A DNA stretch of 46,523 nucleotides from Pelomyxa schiedti (GCA_020536535.1 JAHLWZ010000031.1:1-46523); one strand, 5' to 3'; positions 9,700 through 21,905 are shown, counted from the stretch's first letter. Made by a program: numbers and translations. The notes: generated by a model from the letters alone, not told the origin.

Positions 9700-12600
9700 T
9701 TATAGCTTTCTCCTTGCACTTCTTGGGTATCTCGGTTGTGGTGCTTGCTGTTGGGCAACTTGTTGCTGCTGTTGTGGTTGTGGTTGTTGTTGTTGTTGCG
9801 CCGGAGGTTGCTTTTGGTGTTGGTTTGGGGATGGTGTGTGGGTGACAGAGGGAGGGGATGGTGTGCCATTTGTTGTTGTGGTGGTGGTGTTAGTAGTGGT
9901 GGTGGTTGCGGTTGTTGTGGACTTGATTGGGGATGCTGCGGAACTTCTTGGTTTGGAAGGTGAGGTGGTGTTCTTTGGACCAGAGGGTGGTGTGAAGTGC
10001 ATTTGAACGGACGGCGGCGTCGGTGTGTTCGGCTGCGCAGGGTTTAAGGTTTGGTTGAGAGGCTTCAGCGGTCTACCCCACAGCGAGTCTACAACGGAAT
10101 CTGCATTCGATTTGTAACAAGAGAATTCGGAGTAAAACTCTAACCTTTATGAACAACAATTGTATAGGCGGAATCACGAAGTACAACTAGAGAGGGATCC
10201 TTAACAGTCTGGCTGTCGACAAGAACTCTTGCAATCTAACTGGGTTAGAAAAGAGAGAATGGGACTAGATACACACAGTTGAGAGTTTATCAGGAGTAGG
10301 AAGCGGACCGGCAGTTACAATAGCACCACCAGCAGTGAGGATGCATCTAAAACTAGATTCGACTTTCGAGTCTCTCAGTAACAAGTGAAGGTTTTCTCTC
10401 TGCACAGTGTTAAAAATGAAGAGATAAACAGATATAAAATACAAACATGGAAACGGGGCTTTCTTTTTTCTTTTACTTCAGTTCGGCATAATCGAGGTAA
10501 TCCGGCATCTTGTAAGTGTTAGGAATGAACCCTTAAGTGATAAACTACTTGGAGATGTAGGCTGTTCGCCCTTTGGAGGGTTTGTTTCGCACAACTCATG
10601 CTCGATTTTTTTGGGTTTCGTGCCTTGGTCTACAATGTAAGAAGGGGAAACCACCCTACTGATAGGTAAAGCTATGGAGAGCAAAAAAGAGCCCTCATAC
10701 CAGCATCCTGCAGCACAAGCTGAGAACATTTGTTCTGAAGAATCAAAATTCGCTGCGATGAGAATGGTTTTCCTATCCAGTACCTTGGGTACAATGGTCC
10801 CCCCAATCTTAGTGATAACTGTTTCATAAAGAGGAAAATTAGTATTTCATGCCGCCACCAGTGGACGCACTTTTCTGAAGTTGTGCGGTAAAGTTCAAGG
10901 CCGATTTAGAGACAACAAACTGGCGGGACTTGGTAGAGTTAAAAAGGGAGAAAAAAAAGTTAGGGAACCCTGATTTTATTTTTCCATTTTATAACGTTCT
11001 GCTTCTTCTTCACTTCAGGATTCTCATAGGTAACAAGAACTGGTGCCTTGAGTGCGAGGAAAGTAAGTGTGGGAACATACATTGACTTGCTGCCAATTCC
11101 GGATCGACGTCGAGTTCAGGTGCCGGAGATGACATTTGTGTGGCTTCCTAAGGAAAATTGTGAGAATGACAGTGCTAAATACTGCGTACTTCGGAATCAA
11201 GGTCATCTTTTGTGTGCAGTAAAGCATAAATGTCGTGGTGAACCTCCTTTGAAAAATATTACAAGGGAGAAATTAAAATTCATCGCTCACTGGTGGCGGC
11301 CTGCCTTCTGGAAGCGGTCCTGGGAGCTCCCTGTTTTTAACTGTATCCATCAACTCCTGTATGTCTCCCAGCATTTGTTTGAGTTCTTCGTCGTCGAGCT
11401 TCTTCTGTTGCTCTTCTTTTTCTCGTTTCTCCTTTTCTTCTCTCTCTAGTCTTTCTCTTTCCAATCTCCGTCTCTCGGCAGTTTCCTGCTCTTGCTTGAT
11501 TCTCTCCCTTTCAAGACGCTCCTTTTCTTCTTTTTCCAGTCTTTCCCTTTCTTCCCTTTCCTCCCTTTCCTTTTTTTCCTTTTGCTCCTGGGCATTTCTT
11601 TCCATTTCCAATCTTTCCCTTTCCTCCCTTTGTATTTTTTCTCTTTCCTCTTTTGCAATCCTTTCCCTTTCTTTTGCCATCCTTTCCTTTTCCTCTTGTG
11701 CAATCCTTTCCTTTTCCTCTTGCGCAATCCTTTCCCTTTCCTCCCTTTGGATTTTTTCCTCTTCCTCTTTTTTAAGTCTTTCCCTTGTTTCCTTTTCAAT
11801 CCTTTCCTTTTCCATTCTTTCCTTTTCCACCCTTTCCTGTGCTTCCCTTGCAGTTCGCTCCTGCTGTTCTCTTTGTTCCCTTTCCATTTTTTCTTGATCT
11901 TCTCTTGCTTTATTCACTTTTGGTTTTTCTTCTTCATGTCCAGAACTTTGACACGCCTGGCCAACAGGCTCTTTCAATATTTGTTTCGTTCCTTTTTGCG
12001 GGGCATTCTCTGTGCCACTCATTTTATGAGCATTTTTCAGGTCTTCTTCAAAGCTCTGTGTCTCAAGAAGCTCACCCTTAAAGCAGGTTAGAACTTCTCT
12101 CTAAAACCATGACCATACCTTCATGACACAGAGGGTAAGCCAATCAAGTGATACAACCGGAATCCCCCATTTGATTGCTGCTTCATACTTTCTACCACAG
12201 GCTTGCCCAGAAATCAAGTGGGTAGTGTGGTTTTTGGAAAACCTTTAGAGGTCATTTCTTAAAGGTGACTGGGGAGCATAGAGTCCACACGTTGCGTTAA
12301 ACTTCCCCCCAAGTGCAAAGGTTAGGTGTTTCACTTCTCTCATATTAACTGTGTCAAGGGATGATGCACAAGTTATCAGAGCCTTCCCAATATCACTGGG
12401 AATGGTGTGTCCGAGGGGTGTGTAGAGCACAGACTGCTTTGGATCCACGATTTTCTTATCCTGGCCAGAATTAATTGCTCACTGTAGTGTTAACAACCAT
12501 ACTTTGTAGCATCGGTCAAGCCATTCAAGGGTAACCATAACCACTGGCTTCTTCATTTTCACCCCTGTAGGGAGACATTGGGAGCCATGTGAAGAAACTA

Positions 12601-15252
12601 TATAGTCAGCTGCTTCGGCTCCTCTGGTGAGTTCAATGCCGCCACAAGTTTTAATAAATAGCCTGACTTGCTCAGCCTAGAAACAAGTGGCAAAAGTTAG
12701 GGGAGGGGTGAAAGCACCAATGTATACTTTCGTAACATCAGGTAGACGCCAGAGGAAGAATTTCTTGCCTTCAAAAACAGAGTTCCTAATGCTCAATGAG
12801 GGAAACTGGCTGAGCGAATAAGAACTTACTCTACTATTGGCATGCAAATCTGAGACCCGGGAGTGCATCTTAGTGTTATCAGATGGTAAATAGTGTTAAG
12901 AAAAGATAACGAACTGATCGTTGTCAGTGCCAGTGTTTGAACTTTGAGGTGGGGGGGTGCTTGGTGGAGGTGAGGGACATGAAGCGAGGGCCATCCCTTC
13001 TGCAGATCTATCAACCCTAGGCCGCTTTGCAGAGGGGGGTTTAGCCTCGACAGTACCTAAGTATAGTTGTGATGTAATAATTATACAAAGGTGAATACAT
13101 ACAAGTGTGCTCTACTGAGTATATGGATGGTGTGTAGTGCTTCTCCAGCAACTTTTCTTTCTTAGCATAACTTTGAAGAAGCCAGTCGGCAATAACAACG
13201 AAGACATGGTCTTGTACACATGCAACCCTGAGGGGTGTCATAAAGGAGAAAGAGAAAATCTGTTCAACTCTGGCAAAATAGCATTTGTCTGTGCCACAAT
13301 TATGTGAGTAGCTCCATCTAAAGGTCCTTCTGGAACAGTGGCCCCCGCCTAACTGTTGGGTAATTGTGACACGGTAACCTTGAATTTGAACCTTCAAAGC
13401 CATTTTCCTCAAGTCCTCAGTTTGTGTTTTATTGAATCCGACAATACATATTTTCAGACCTAAGAGGAAGTCCTCCCCTGAAGTATTACATATCAGTGAA
13501 ACCAAACGGTACCAACAAGTTCAAGAATACCAAGTTCAGGTGCAAAGGAGAAAGGGTCTTCAGTGACACGCCCTGCAAAAAGGTTTTCCTTGGGAAAAAA
13601 CCAACCAAAGCAGTAATGATACTTCGCTCATCTGTGCACTTCTTCAGCCAGTCAATGGATAGTACCCAGGTAGCTGATTTGGATGCAGCTTGAAATATGT
13701 CGCCACTGGGCCTCTGATGGAGTTAGTGTGGCCAAATTTTGTAAATTGGAAGAAAACCCCAACGATCAGATGAGTAACTGCGTCTGAGTACTCCTCTGTA
13801 AAGGAAGCACCCAGAAGTTGGCACCAAAAATACACCTCCTCGCAATTATCAGGAGCTGAACAACTCTTTAGTGTGATACATCAAAAAAGAAGACATACAC
13901 ATATTTGAGGTACATATTGTACAACCCTGAAGAGGCAAGGCAGGACCAATTAACCATTTATCAATTGGTGGTGGTTCCTTGGATGTTGAAGAAGCCCATC
14001 TATACAGCCACTGTGTATGAACGACTGGAATGTCGAAATCAAAGGCTTTCTGGGTTTTTTTTTTTTGGTTTGTATTGGTTTTGAACGGCAGTTGTGATAA
14101 GGACTAACCAAGACTTTCCCAGAATTCCAAGTACTGGCTATCACTAACCTACATTCTTCCGTCAGGTTGGCTTCAAGGTGAACACCTCGGGACTTGAGTA
14201 TGCGCGTTATCTTCTCCTAGTTTGGTGGTTATTGTTGAGCCAGTAACAGGGTTCACACGTTGAGGTGGGGATTAGAGGACCTTTTCCTCAACAGGTTGCC
14301 CCGAGAGAGTCACAACCAGCACCTTCCCACCACCACCATCACCACCACCACCATCCCCGCCAGTGGTACACGCCCCCGCTGTGCTCCCACCACCACCACC
14401 ACGACGCCGCACCGCCGCCATTCCCCCTCCCCCACCGTCATCCATCCCATCGTCATAATCCTGTTGGTTGTTGTTGTCATCGACATAGGAGGTAGTTGCT
14501 CTGTGCTCGCTCTTGATTGCGCCACGCCCCCCGCCCCCACCCCCACCACCACCACGTCCACGTAGTGATACACAACAAGGATCCCCTGTGATTGTCACCC
14601 CCTTGGGCTTTTCGTGACCATAATGATGCTGATGCTGCTGCTGCTGCGGGGGTAGCCGACTCCTGCCCGACGATGTACTCGTCGTTGTGGCGGAGGTGCT
14701 CGTCGTCGTTGGTGGTGGTGGCGGCCCCATCACGTCGTCCTCGTAGTCTGCATCGCCGCCGCCAGCTCCTCCTCTCCCTGCCTCCCCCTCGTCATCCTCC
14801 TGCTTGTAGTGGATCTTGTTGTTGTGGTTGTGGCTATTTCTATTGGTGCTGTGGGGGGGTTCGTGGTGCCTGGCGGTGGTGGAGGAGGAGGAGGACAGGG
14901 GCGTGGTGGCGTATGGGGGGGTAGCGGGCCCGCGCAGCGAGTAGGGCGCCGACGCGGGGGCCAGAATGGCGCCCCCCCCGTGCATAGGGGAGGGCGACGT
15001 AGGAGACCCCGAGGGCGAGGACGAGGACGAGGACGAGGAGGAGGAAGGGGAGGACGAGGGGGGTCGGCCGCCGCGGTGGGTGGTTGTGGTGTGTGTCCCC
15101 TTGTTGTTGTGGTGGTGGTGGTGGGGCTGGGGCTGATGAGGGGGCCGCGGGCGCGACGCCGTGGGCGACAGGGTTGGCGACGACGGCGCACGCGGCGACG
15201 CAGTGCTGGTGGACACGTTGAGAGAAAGTTGTTGGTGTGGTCGACGCCGCAT
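9700..15252 (-). CDS. TOPBP1: Multi-BRCT DNA replication/checkpoint scaffold, TopBP1/Dpb11/Rad4-like
   Basis: Multiple BRCT signatures: LLGASFTEEYSDAVTHLIV, GLKICIVGF..VIADWLLQS, SVFEGKKF..VTLEWLDRC, LYTPL, THLIS..GRKYEAAIKWGIPVVSLDWL, and a C-terminal pair with MFSACAAGCW|VVSPSYI. Long low-complexity N-terminus. Confidence 0.8.
11390..11900 (-). repeat. Coding E/R/K-rich repeat (EEKERIAQ-type), probable single alpha-helix or coiled coil
   Basis: REERERIAQEEKERIAQEEKERMAKERERIAKEERE... Confidence 0.8.
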
Positions 15253-15549
15253 GGTGTTGCTTGCTGCTTGCGCGTGTGCGTGTGTGTGTTGTATCGCGGC
15301 GTGTACGGCACGCTGTTGTGCCAAGAAGACAAAAAAAACGGAACAAACGCAATAAAAAGATCGCCAACAACAAGAGATTGACAGAAGGCGCTCCCACAAT
15401 ACTCGCGCATGCCATTCGGTTCCGAAGGGGGGTGCACTTCCTCTGTCAGTGACTCACCAAGCTGTTTATAAACCAGTTCCTTGAATTTGTGCTTCGATAA
15501 AGCGGCGATTGGAGCAAGCACCGACACCAGCCAGGCAGGCATTTAACAA

Positions 15550-18206
15550 ATGACAACACAGAAGAGGAGCGTAGCGGTGCTTGCGGCGGTGGTAGTGGTA
15601 GTTTGGTGTTTGAGCGACACGGGGGTTATGGGATACTACCTGCCAGGAGTTGCGCCGGTAGATTACGTAGCCGGGGAGGGGATCAACGTGCACGTGACAC
15701 AGTTGACGAGCGTGCGGGCGCAGTTGCCGTACACGTACTGGAGCGCCCCGTTCTGCGAACCCAAGAATCTGGTGAAGCAGGACGCAAACCTGGGTGAGAT
15801 ACTCAGGGGTGCCAGGATCACAAACTCCCTGTACAATGTATGTGTCTGTCCATCGGTGTTACTATCTAGTTATGGGAGAGATAGATGTCAACTTGTTGCT
15901 TTTGCTGTTTCCTTTCCTCCTGGTTTTAATTTTCTGAGTTTGAATTTCACAGGTGATTGTTGGGAAGGATCAGAAGTGTATGGTTCTGGGAGAAGGGGAA
16001 GAGATCAAGAAAGTTGGAAATGGTGCTGCTACAAGTTGTACGAGAGAGTACAACCCAAAGGAAGTGTCTAAGTTCAGGCGCTTTATTAGGGATGAATACC
16101 GCATTAATTGGTGCGTCTCTTGTATCATCTTTTCTTGATTTCTCATTGCCAAACAGTGAACTTGATAATATGCCGGCTGCTCAGCCCATGATGTCTGGCA
16201 CTGCCCTTGTGTATACCATTGGCGTGCCGATGGTGAGGCTCTTATTTCTTTTTTTTTTTTAAATTCATCTCGAATTCAGGGGACAGCAAGTGGCAACAAG
16301 GTTTGAGTACCTGTCAACTTGTTAAAAAACAAACTTTGCTTTAGAAGGATATACGGAAACTGTCTACCTCACTGAATAACCATTTTTCAATCACTGTGAA
16401 GTATGAAACCAACAGTTCATAAACATCACCCTTATCTGTATTGAAGGTTCCACCCAGAAGCCGGAAATACGTCAAGAATAACTGGTTTTGAGATTGAACC
16501 TCACAGGTTGTCAAATCTCATTTCCTTTATGCTTACGGAATAATTGTAGCATTGATTATGACCAGCGGCACGTCAGTGATGCTCCAGACTGCCAGTATGC
16601 ACAAGGTCCAGTATTATACCTGACTTCTAATACGTCGAAACGAATAGCCTGGACATATTCAGTCAAGTGGGTGGTATGGGCGTAATCTCGACCTAAGTTT
16701 TTCTAATGCGTTGTTAGGAAGACACGGTGGAGTGGACAGATAGATTTGACCGCTACTTTGGCAATATTGAGACACAGATACATTGGTTTTCGATTGTAAA
16801 CAGCCTGCTGATCGTACTATTCTTGTCTGGTAGGTAAATGGCATCTATTAGTGCACTCAATACTGTATTAGGAATGATAGCGATGATCATGATCCGTACC
16901 CTCCATGCTGATATTTTGAAGTACACCTCCAAGGATTCAGAGACTGATACAGAAGAGACTGGGTGGAAGTTACTTCATGGGGATGTCTTTAGGGCACCAA
17001 AAAACAGGATAGTTCTTTCAGTATTTGTAGGATTTGGGTCCCAAGTATTTGCCATGGCGATTATAACATTGAGTGAGACTTTTTCTTTTCTTTCCCAGCT
17101 AACTTTTCTCTAGTGTGTGGGCTTGTGGGATTAGTATCTCCGGCTAAGAAAGGAAGTGTATTGTCTGGAATGATTGCTCTCTTTGTTCTCATGGGGTAAG
17201 TCGCCTTTTCGAATTTTTTAATTTATATATTTTCCCCACAGTGCAGTGGCAGGTTACAATACATCACGAATATACAAAATGATGAAAGGACTCTTCTGGA
17301 AACAAGCAGCATTGATGGTTTGAACCTTGACTTACCCCGTTTTTCTTATTCTCGGCAGACCGCCTTCTTATTCCCGTCTGTAATTTTTGGAGTCTTCATG
17401 TTCATCGACTTCCTTATTCTTGGGCAGAAGTCATCTGGGGCAGTTCCCTTTGGTAATCCGGTGCAATTTGATTGTTATGATTATAACCGTGAATAGTCAC
17501 ATTTATGATAATTATGGCTCTTTGGTTTTGCGTGTCCCTCCCTCTAGTTTTTGCTGGTTCTTTCTACGGCTACAAGAAACCAGCAATAACCGTACCTGTT
17601 ACAAGGATCAACGCAATACCGCGGACAGTTCCTGTTCAGGTTGGAGCACGATCAAACCCCATAAATCTTCTAAAATAGTCTTAACAATCCAAGGTGTGGT
17701 ACATGCACCCAGTTGCGACTGTTGCAATGGGCGGAATACTCCCTTTTGGCGCCGTGTTCATAGAGCTGTATTTTGTCCTCACTGCTGTCTGGAATCAGCA
17801 GCTCTACTACATAGCGACATTCCTGTTCATAGTGTTTCTAATTCTGATTGTTACCTGTGCAGAGATATCCGTTGTGATGTGCTACTTCCAGCTGTGTTCC
17901 GAGGTTACTTCCTTCTTCCCATAATTGTTCCGGGCCGGCCGGCCAAACTAACAAAAATACTTCTAGGACTACAACTGGTGGTGGAGGTCGTACTTCACAT
18001 CGGCATCATCCGGCTTTTACCTGTTCCTGTACAGCATATTCTATTACTTCACCAAGCTGGAAATAAGCAACGGAGTGAGCACCATGATGTACTTTGGCTA
18101 CACGTTCATCTTCACTCTGATGTTCTTTGTTCTGACCGGCTTCATTGGATTCTACTCCTCCCTCATGTTTGTGCGAAAGATTTACGGTTCAGTGCCCCTA
18201 AGTTAA
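15550..18206 (+). CDS. Transmembrane 9 superfamily (EMP70/nonaspanin) protein, TM9SF2/4-like
   Basis: YYLPGVAPVDY, NLGEILRG, LNNHF, QIHWFSIVNS, EETGWKLLHGDVFR, GGILPFGAVFIELYF, EDYNWWWRSY. Introns splice in frame. Confidence 0.95.
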
Positions 18207-18292
18207 ACACGGCACCTGATACCACCACCAACCCCCTTGTACAGCCGATCAATCTGTCTTTCAAGAACCATCTTCAAAATACTTTTGTGATT

Positions 18293-19319
18293 ATGGATAC
18301 TAGGACCGTCGTTGTGGTTGTCGTCACGATTACGAGGGCCATCGCCCATAATTACGCGGCGGGGGCATGGAGCGAAGCCCTTACAGGGAGCACCGCTCCT
18401 ATCGATGCTGGAAGCAGCAGCAATTATGGGTGCGACTACTACGCCGCAGGTGATGGTGGGGATTTGAGGGATGCAAGTAGTGGTACGAGTAGTAGCAGTG
18501 ATGGCACTGAAACGAATTATAATGAGGATCAAGGGGTTGTGCTACCACAATGTTACAAGCTCCAGCCCTATCAGTATCTCCTCTAACTCCCACTTTCTCG
18601 TTGTTATGCTTCCCTGTTATATATGTGGATATTTGTGTTGTTACTATCGCCGCGTGGGAATAGACCAGTTTTTTTTTGTGGGTGTTTTACCCCGACCGAC
18701 ACAGAAACACACTAGGTACACGTGCGAACCTTATGAGTGGAACCCGCATTCCAGGAGCGCAGCCAAGTGTGATAAAAACGGCACTGTTCCCGTTACTTGC
18801 CACGCCGTGGAAGGCGTGAAATGCCTGGGTGACACTACTTTCACTATCACACAACCCTGCTTGTGGACGTACTATCCCTTACTTTACCAATTGAATACAC
18901 ATACATTGAATACTTCAGTTAAGATAATACCGGCTTATTCACTCCTAATGTTGTTGCTGAACCCGGGGACAGAACCGGTTATACTTATGAAGTGGCACTG
19001 GGGCTTTCCTTATTTCTCGGCATATTTGGAATAGACAGATGTTACCTTGGGTATATAAAAAGAAATAACCACTGGATCCAACTCTATTAGGTACCCCACT
19101 CTGGGAGTAATTAAATTCCTTACTTTTGGAGGATTCCTTGTCATGTATGTTTACGATATCATTTCCATTGCCACACAGGTTTCAAACACTACCACCAATA
19201 TAAATGTAATTCCTACACAGATTTTGCACCCATCAGATGGAAGTAACTTTGAATTCTCAACCACTAGCCTCCCCCGACTTTCACATGTCTACGCAACCAA
19301 CCAGACCTATTACACATAA
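18293..19319 (+). CDS. TM2 domain-containing protein (TM2D/BBP family)
   Basis: VTCHAVEGVKC..PCLWT|TGYTYEVALGLSLFLGIFGIDRCYLG|YPTLGVIKFLTFGG..HPSDGS. Start codon uncertain. Confidence 0.88.
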
Positions 19320-19424
19320 CATCACCATCACTCACCCATGACCTCCCTTCTCACATTGTACAATCCAACACACCAGCCATTTCCTCACTTTCACCGTATT
19401 TCTAAGAAAAAGGAAATCATCAAG

Positions 19425-20236
19425 ATGAATGCCATGGAGTTGCGTGCCGGAGGGTCTGAGGCTGGTGTGTATGATCGATCGATCATGTTGCTTCGCCGAT
19501 ACGAATACAACACTAACTCCTACAAAACCTAAAAAGATAAACAACCAGCTCGTGCTTTGATGGTGTGTGTTTACTGGTTTTTTTCCCAAACAACCCCGTC
19601 GGTTTAAATTAATGAATATCTACATTACTCTTTCACTGTAAAGATCTTACTGTAACCGAACAACAAACTACAAGTTGGGGCTGGACGAGTCCGGAAAAAC
19701 CGCTCTTCTTTACCGCCAAAAGCTGGGTGAAGTGATCACTACCATTCCCACAATTGGATTCAATGTGGAGAGGATTCCGCACAAGAACCGCGAGTTTACT
19801 ATTTGGGATGTTGGTGGCCAAGACAAAATCAGGCCTCTGTGGCACCATGTATGTATCTAACACATGCATTGCACCACACATTCCGCAATATACCCAAAAA
19901 AAACCTGCAACCCTCCCACTTTAGCTAATTTTAATAATACAGTACTTTTCTGGCACTCAAGTTCTCATCTGGGTTGTTGATGCACATGACCGCGAGAGAA
20001 TGATTGAATCACGCGTCGAGCTTCACAGAGCTGTTGCTGATGAGATTCTACGTAATGCCCTTGTGCTGATACTCGCAAACAAGCAAGACTTGCCAGACGG
20101 CATGAACAAGGACGAACTCGCTGACATGCTTGAAATGCACAGACTCGGAAACAGGAAGTGGACGATTCAACCCACCTCAGCAATTTCCGGAACCGGAATC
20201 ACCGAGGGCCTGGACTGGGCTTACTCCAATTTGTAA
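19425..20236 (+). CDS. ADP-ribosylation factor (Arf1-like) small GTPase with atypical N-terminus
   Basis: RALM|[48 protein letters not shown]. The 5' exons (19425-19464, 19537-19562) are inferred. Confidence 0.85.
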
Positions 20237-20567
20237 TGACCTTGGTGCTCCAGATTTTATTCCCTGTGGCACAAGTAACAGTTGGTAACCTTTCTGTGCA
20301 ATAATAATTATCAGTCTCCTTCGAAAGGAAGGCAGGTTGTGGGAGTGACCAAAAACCTGGCAAGCAGAGTCACAATGGTTTGGCTTGTTATTGTGTAATA
20401 ACATAGCTGCAGTGATGTAAGTACCGTTGTGGAAGTCCCAGAGGTATTGGTGTGGGGTCCATCACTGTAGAACCATGTATCTCGCGTGAATCTCACTTGG
20501 ATGTATTTTCTCAAGAAAGAAATCGCTTCAAGCGATTCGTTTCAACCGAGGTACAAAAAAAAACCTG

Positions 20568-21905
20568 ATGGACTACACTATTACATTTGACGTTGGGGGG
20601 ACCACCTTCCGCACGCGGGTGGGGACGCTGGCCAAGTCGTCGGCGCTATCCAGCTGGTGCGCCACCCGGTACTCCACGACCACGCCCATATTCATCGACG
20701 GGGACCCAGCCACGTTCTCGCTGATGCTCAACTTCCTGCGCACCGGCCGCGCGTTCGTGGACGGGATGCCCCGCCACCAGATGCTGGGCCTGCTCCTCGA
20801 CGCCGAGACCTACGGGGTGCCCGACCTGGCGTCGATCCTCAAGCGGGCACTGGGCCTGGCCCCTGGGTTCATCCTGAAGGAATCGGACTTGGGGACGTGG
20901 GGCGGGGAGGCCAGGAGCGGCCCAGCCGAGGGAGTCGTGAGGGAGGGGCTGCTGCTGGACTTGGACGCCCGGAACTCCCGGGGGGAGTTGTTGCAGGGTA
21001 CCACGTGGGCCGACACATCGGGCCGCGGCAATAACGGCGCACTAAGGGGGAGGAGTGTATGTCAATTAATTTAATTATGTGTTGATGTGGATACGTTCTG
21101 AAATGATTTGGTTATAAGAAAGAGCTAAATAGTGCACATTCTTTGACTAAGGCGTTATTTACTTAAGGTAAAGCGAAGACATGTGTATTGAATATTCTGA
21201 ATATATCAAGGATTAAGAAATTGCTGAACCTGAGGGTTAGGGTTTATTTACCTTTTTTTTTCAGCATTTTGTTGATGAATGCGGAGGAGCTGTAAGAGTA
21301 GGGGAATTAGGGGATGGAGACAGGGTTGTAATACCAGTAGATATTAACCCTGATGTCATGCCACAGGTTGCGGGATTAATTTTCATCCCTTAATTAATAC
21401 CCGCTGCCATTAGGTTACACTGGAGATTTGGATCAAACTATTCTCCATACCAAACAACCGGGGGTGGGCCTTTGGTCATGATGATGGTGGATATGATAGA
21501 ACAATTATCATGCATGATGAAAGGTTTGGCCACGTCCCATCTGTTGCTCTTGCTGTTGGAGAGACATATGACTTTAATGGAGGTAGTCCTGTAATCTAAT
21601 AGCGCTGAAATTATTGACTGGCTCTAAAAGGAAAGCCTGCTTTGATGAGATGGATGCATGTTGTTGGAGTGTGGAGGCAGCATGGTGCCTCTGAGCTGTA
21701 CATTGATGGATACCTCAGTGGTAGCCACCCCAACACTGTGAACCTTTCAGGGCACAGGCAACTTACACTGGGGAACTGGCCGAATGACATTGCTCATCAA
21801 GTTGATGCCCTTATCGCCATAGCCAGGGTGTACAACAGAGCCTTGAATCCTGCGGAAATTAGGACCAACTACCATGCCGTAGAAAGCCGTTTCAAGCATG
21901 CTTAA
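20568..21905 (+). CDS. KCTD-type BTB/POZ domain fused to a LamG/concanavalin-A-like domain
   Basis: ITFDVGGTTFRTRVGTL..IFIDGDPATFSLMLNFLRTG (BTB_2). GLLLDLDA..TTWADTSGRGNNG, VTLEIWIK, WMHVVGVW..LYIDG, IARVYNRALNPAEI (LamG_3). Three introns. Confidence 0.88.

Noticed and set aside
11361-12091. Long Ser-rich and Phe/Leu-rich plus-strand ORFs
   Set aside because: Antisense shadows of the E/K/R repeat in TOPBP1.
14592-15542. Multiple overlapping ORFs in GC-rich low-complexity DNA (also 8945-9705, 31180-31670, 38550-39210)
   Set aside because: Stop-poor GC-rich sequence produces shadow ORFs; one frame per locus explains the signal.
16105-16160. Possible non-canonical intron in TM9SF to give INW-ELDN instead of INC-ELDN
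   Set aside because: The canonical GT-AG splice keeps the frame; a W-to-C substitution is the simpler explanation without transcript data.
17387-18586. 399-aa ORF spanning the TM9SF 3' end and the TM2D start
   Set aside because: Off-frame read-through of TM9SF exons and introns that happens to join TM2D exon 1; no coherent protein before 18293.
20407-20470. Possible SECIS element or C/D snoRNA
   Set aside because: No tandem GA quartet on the 3' arm, no proper C/D box pair, and no in-frame TGA in the adjacent genes.
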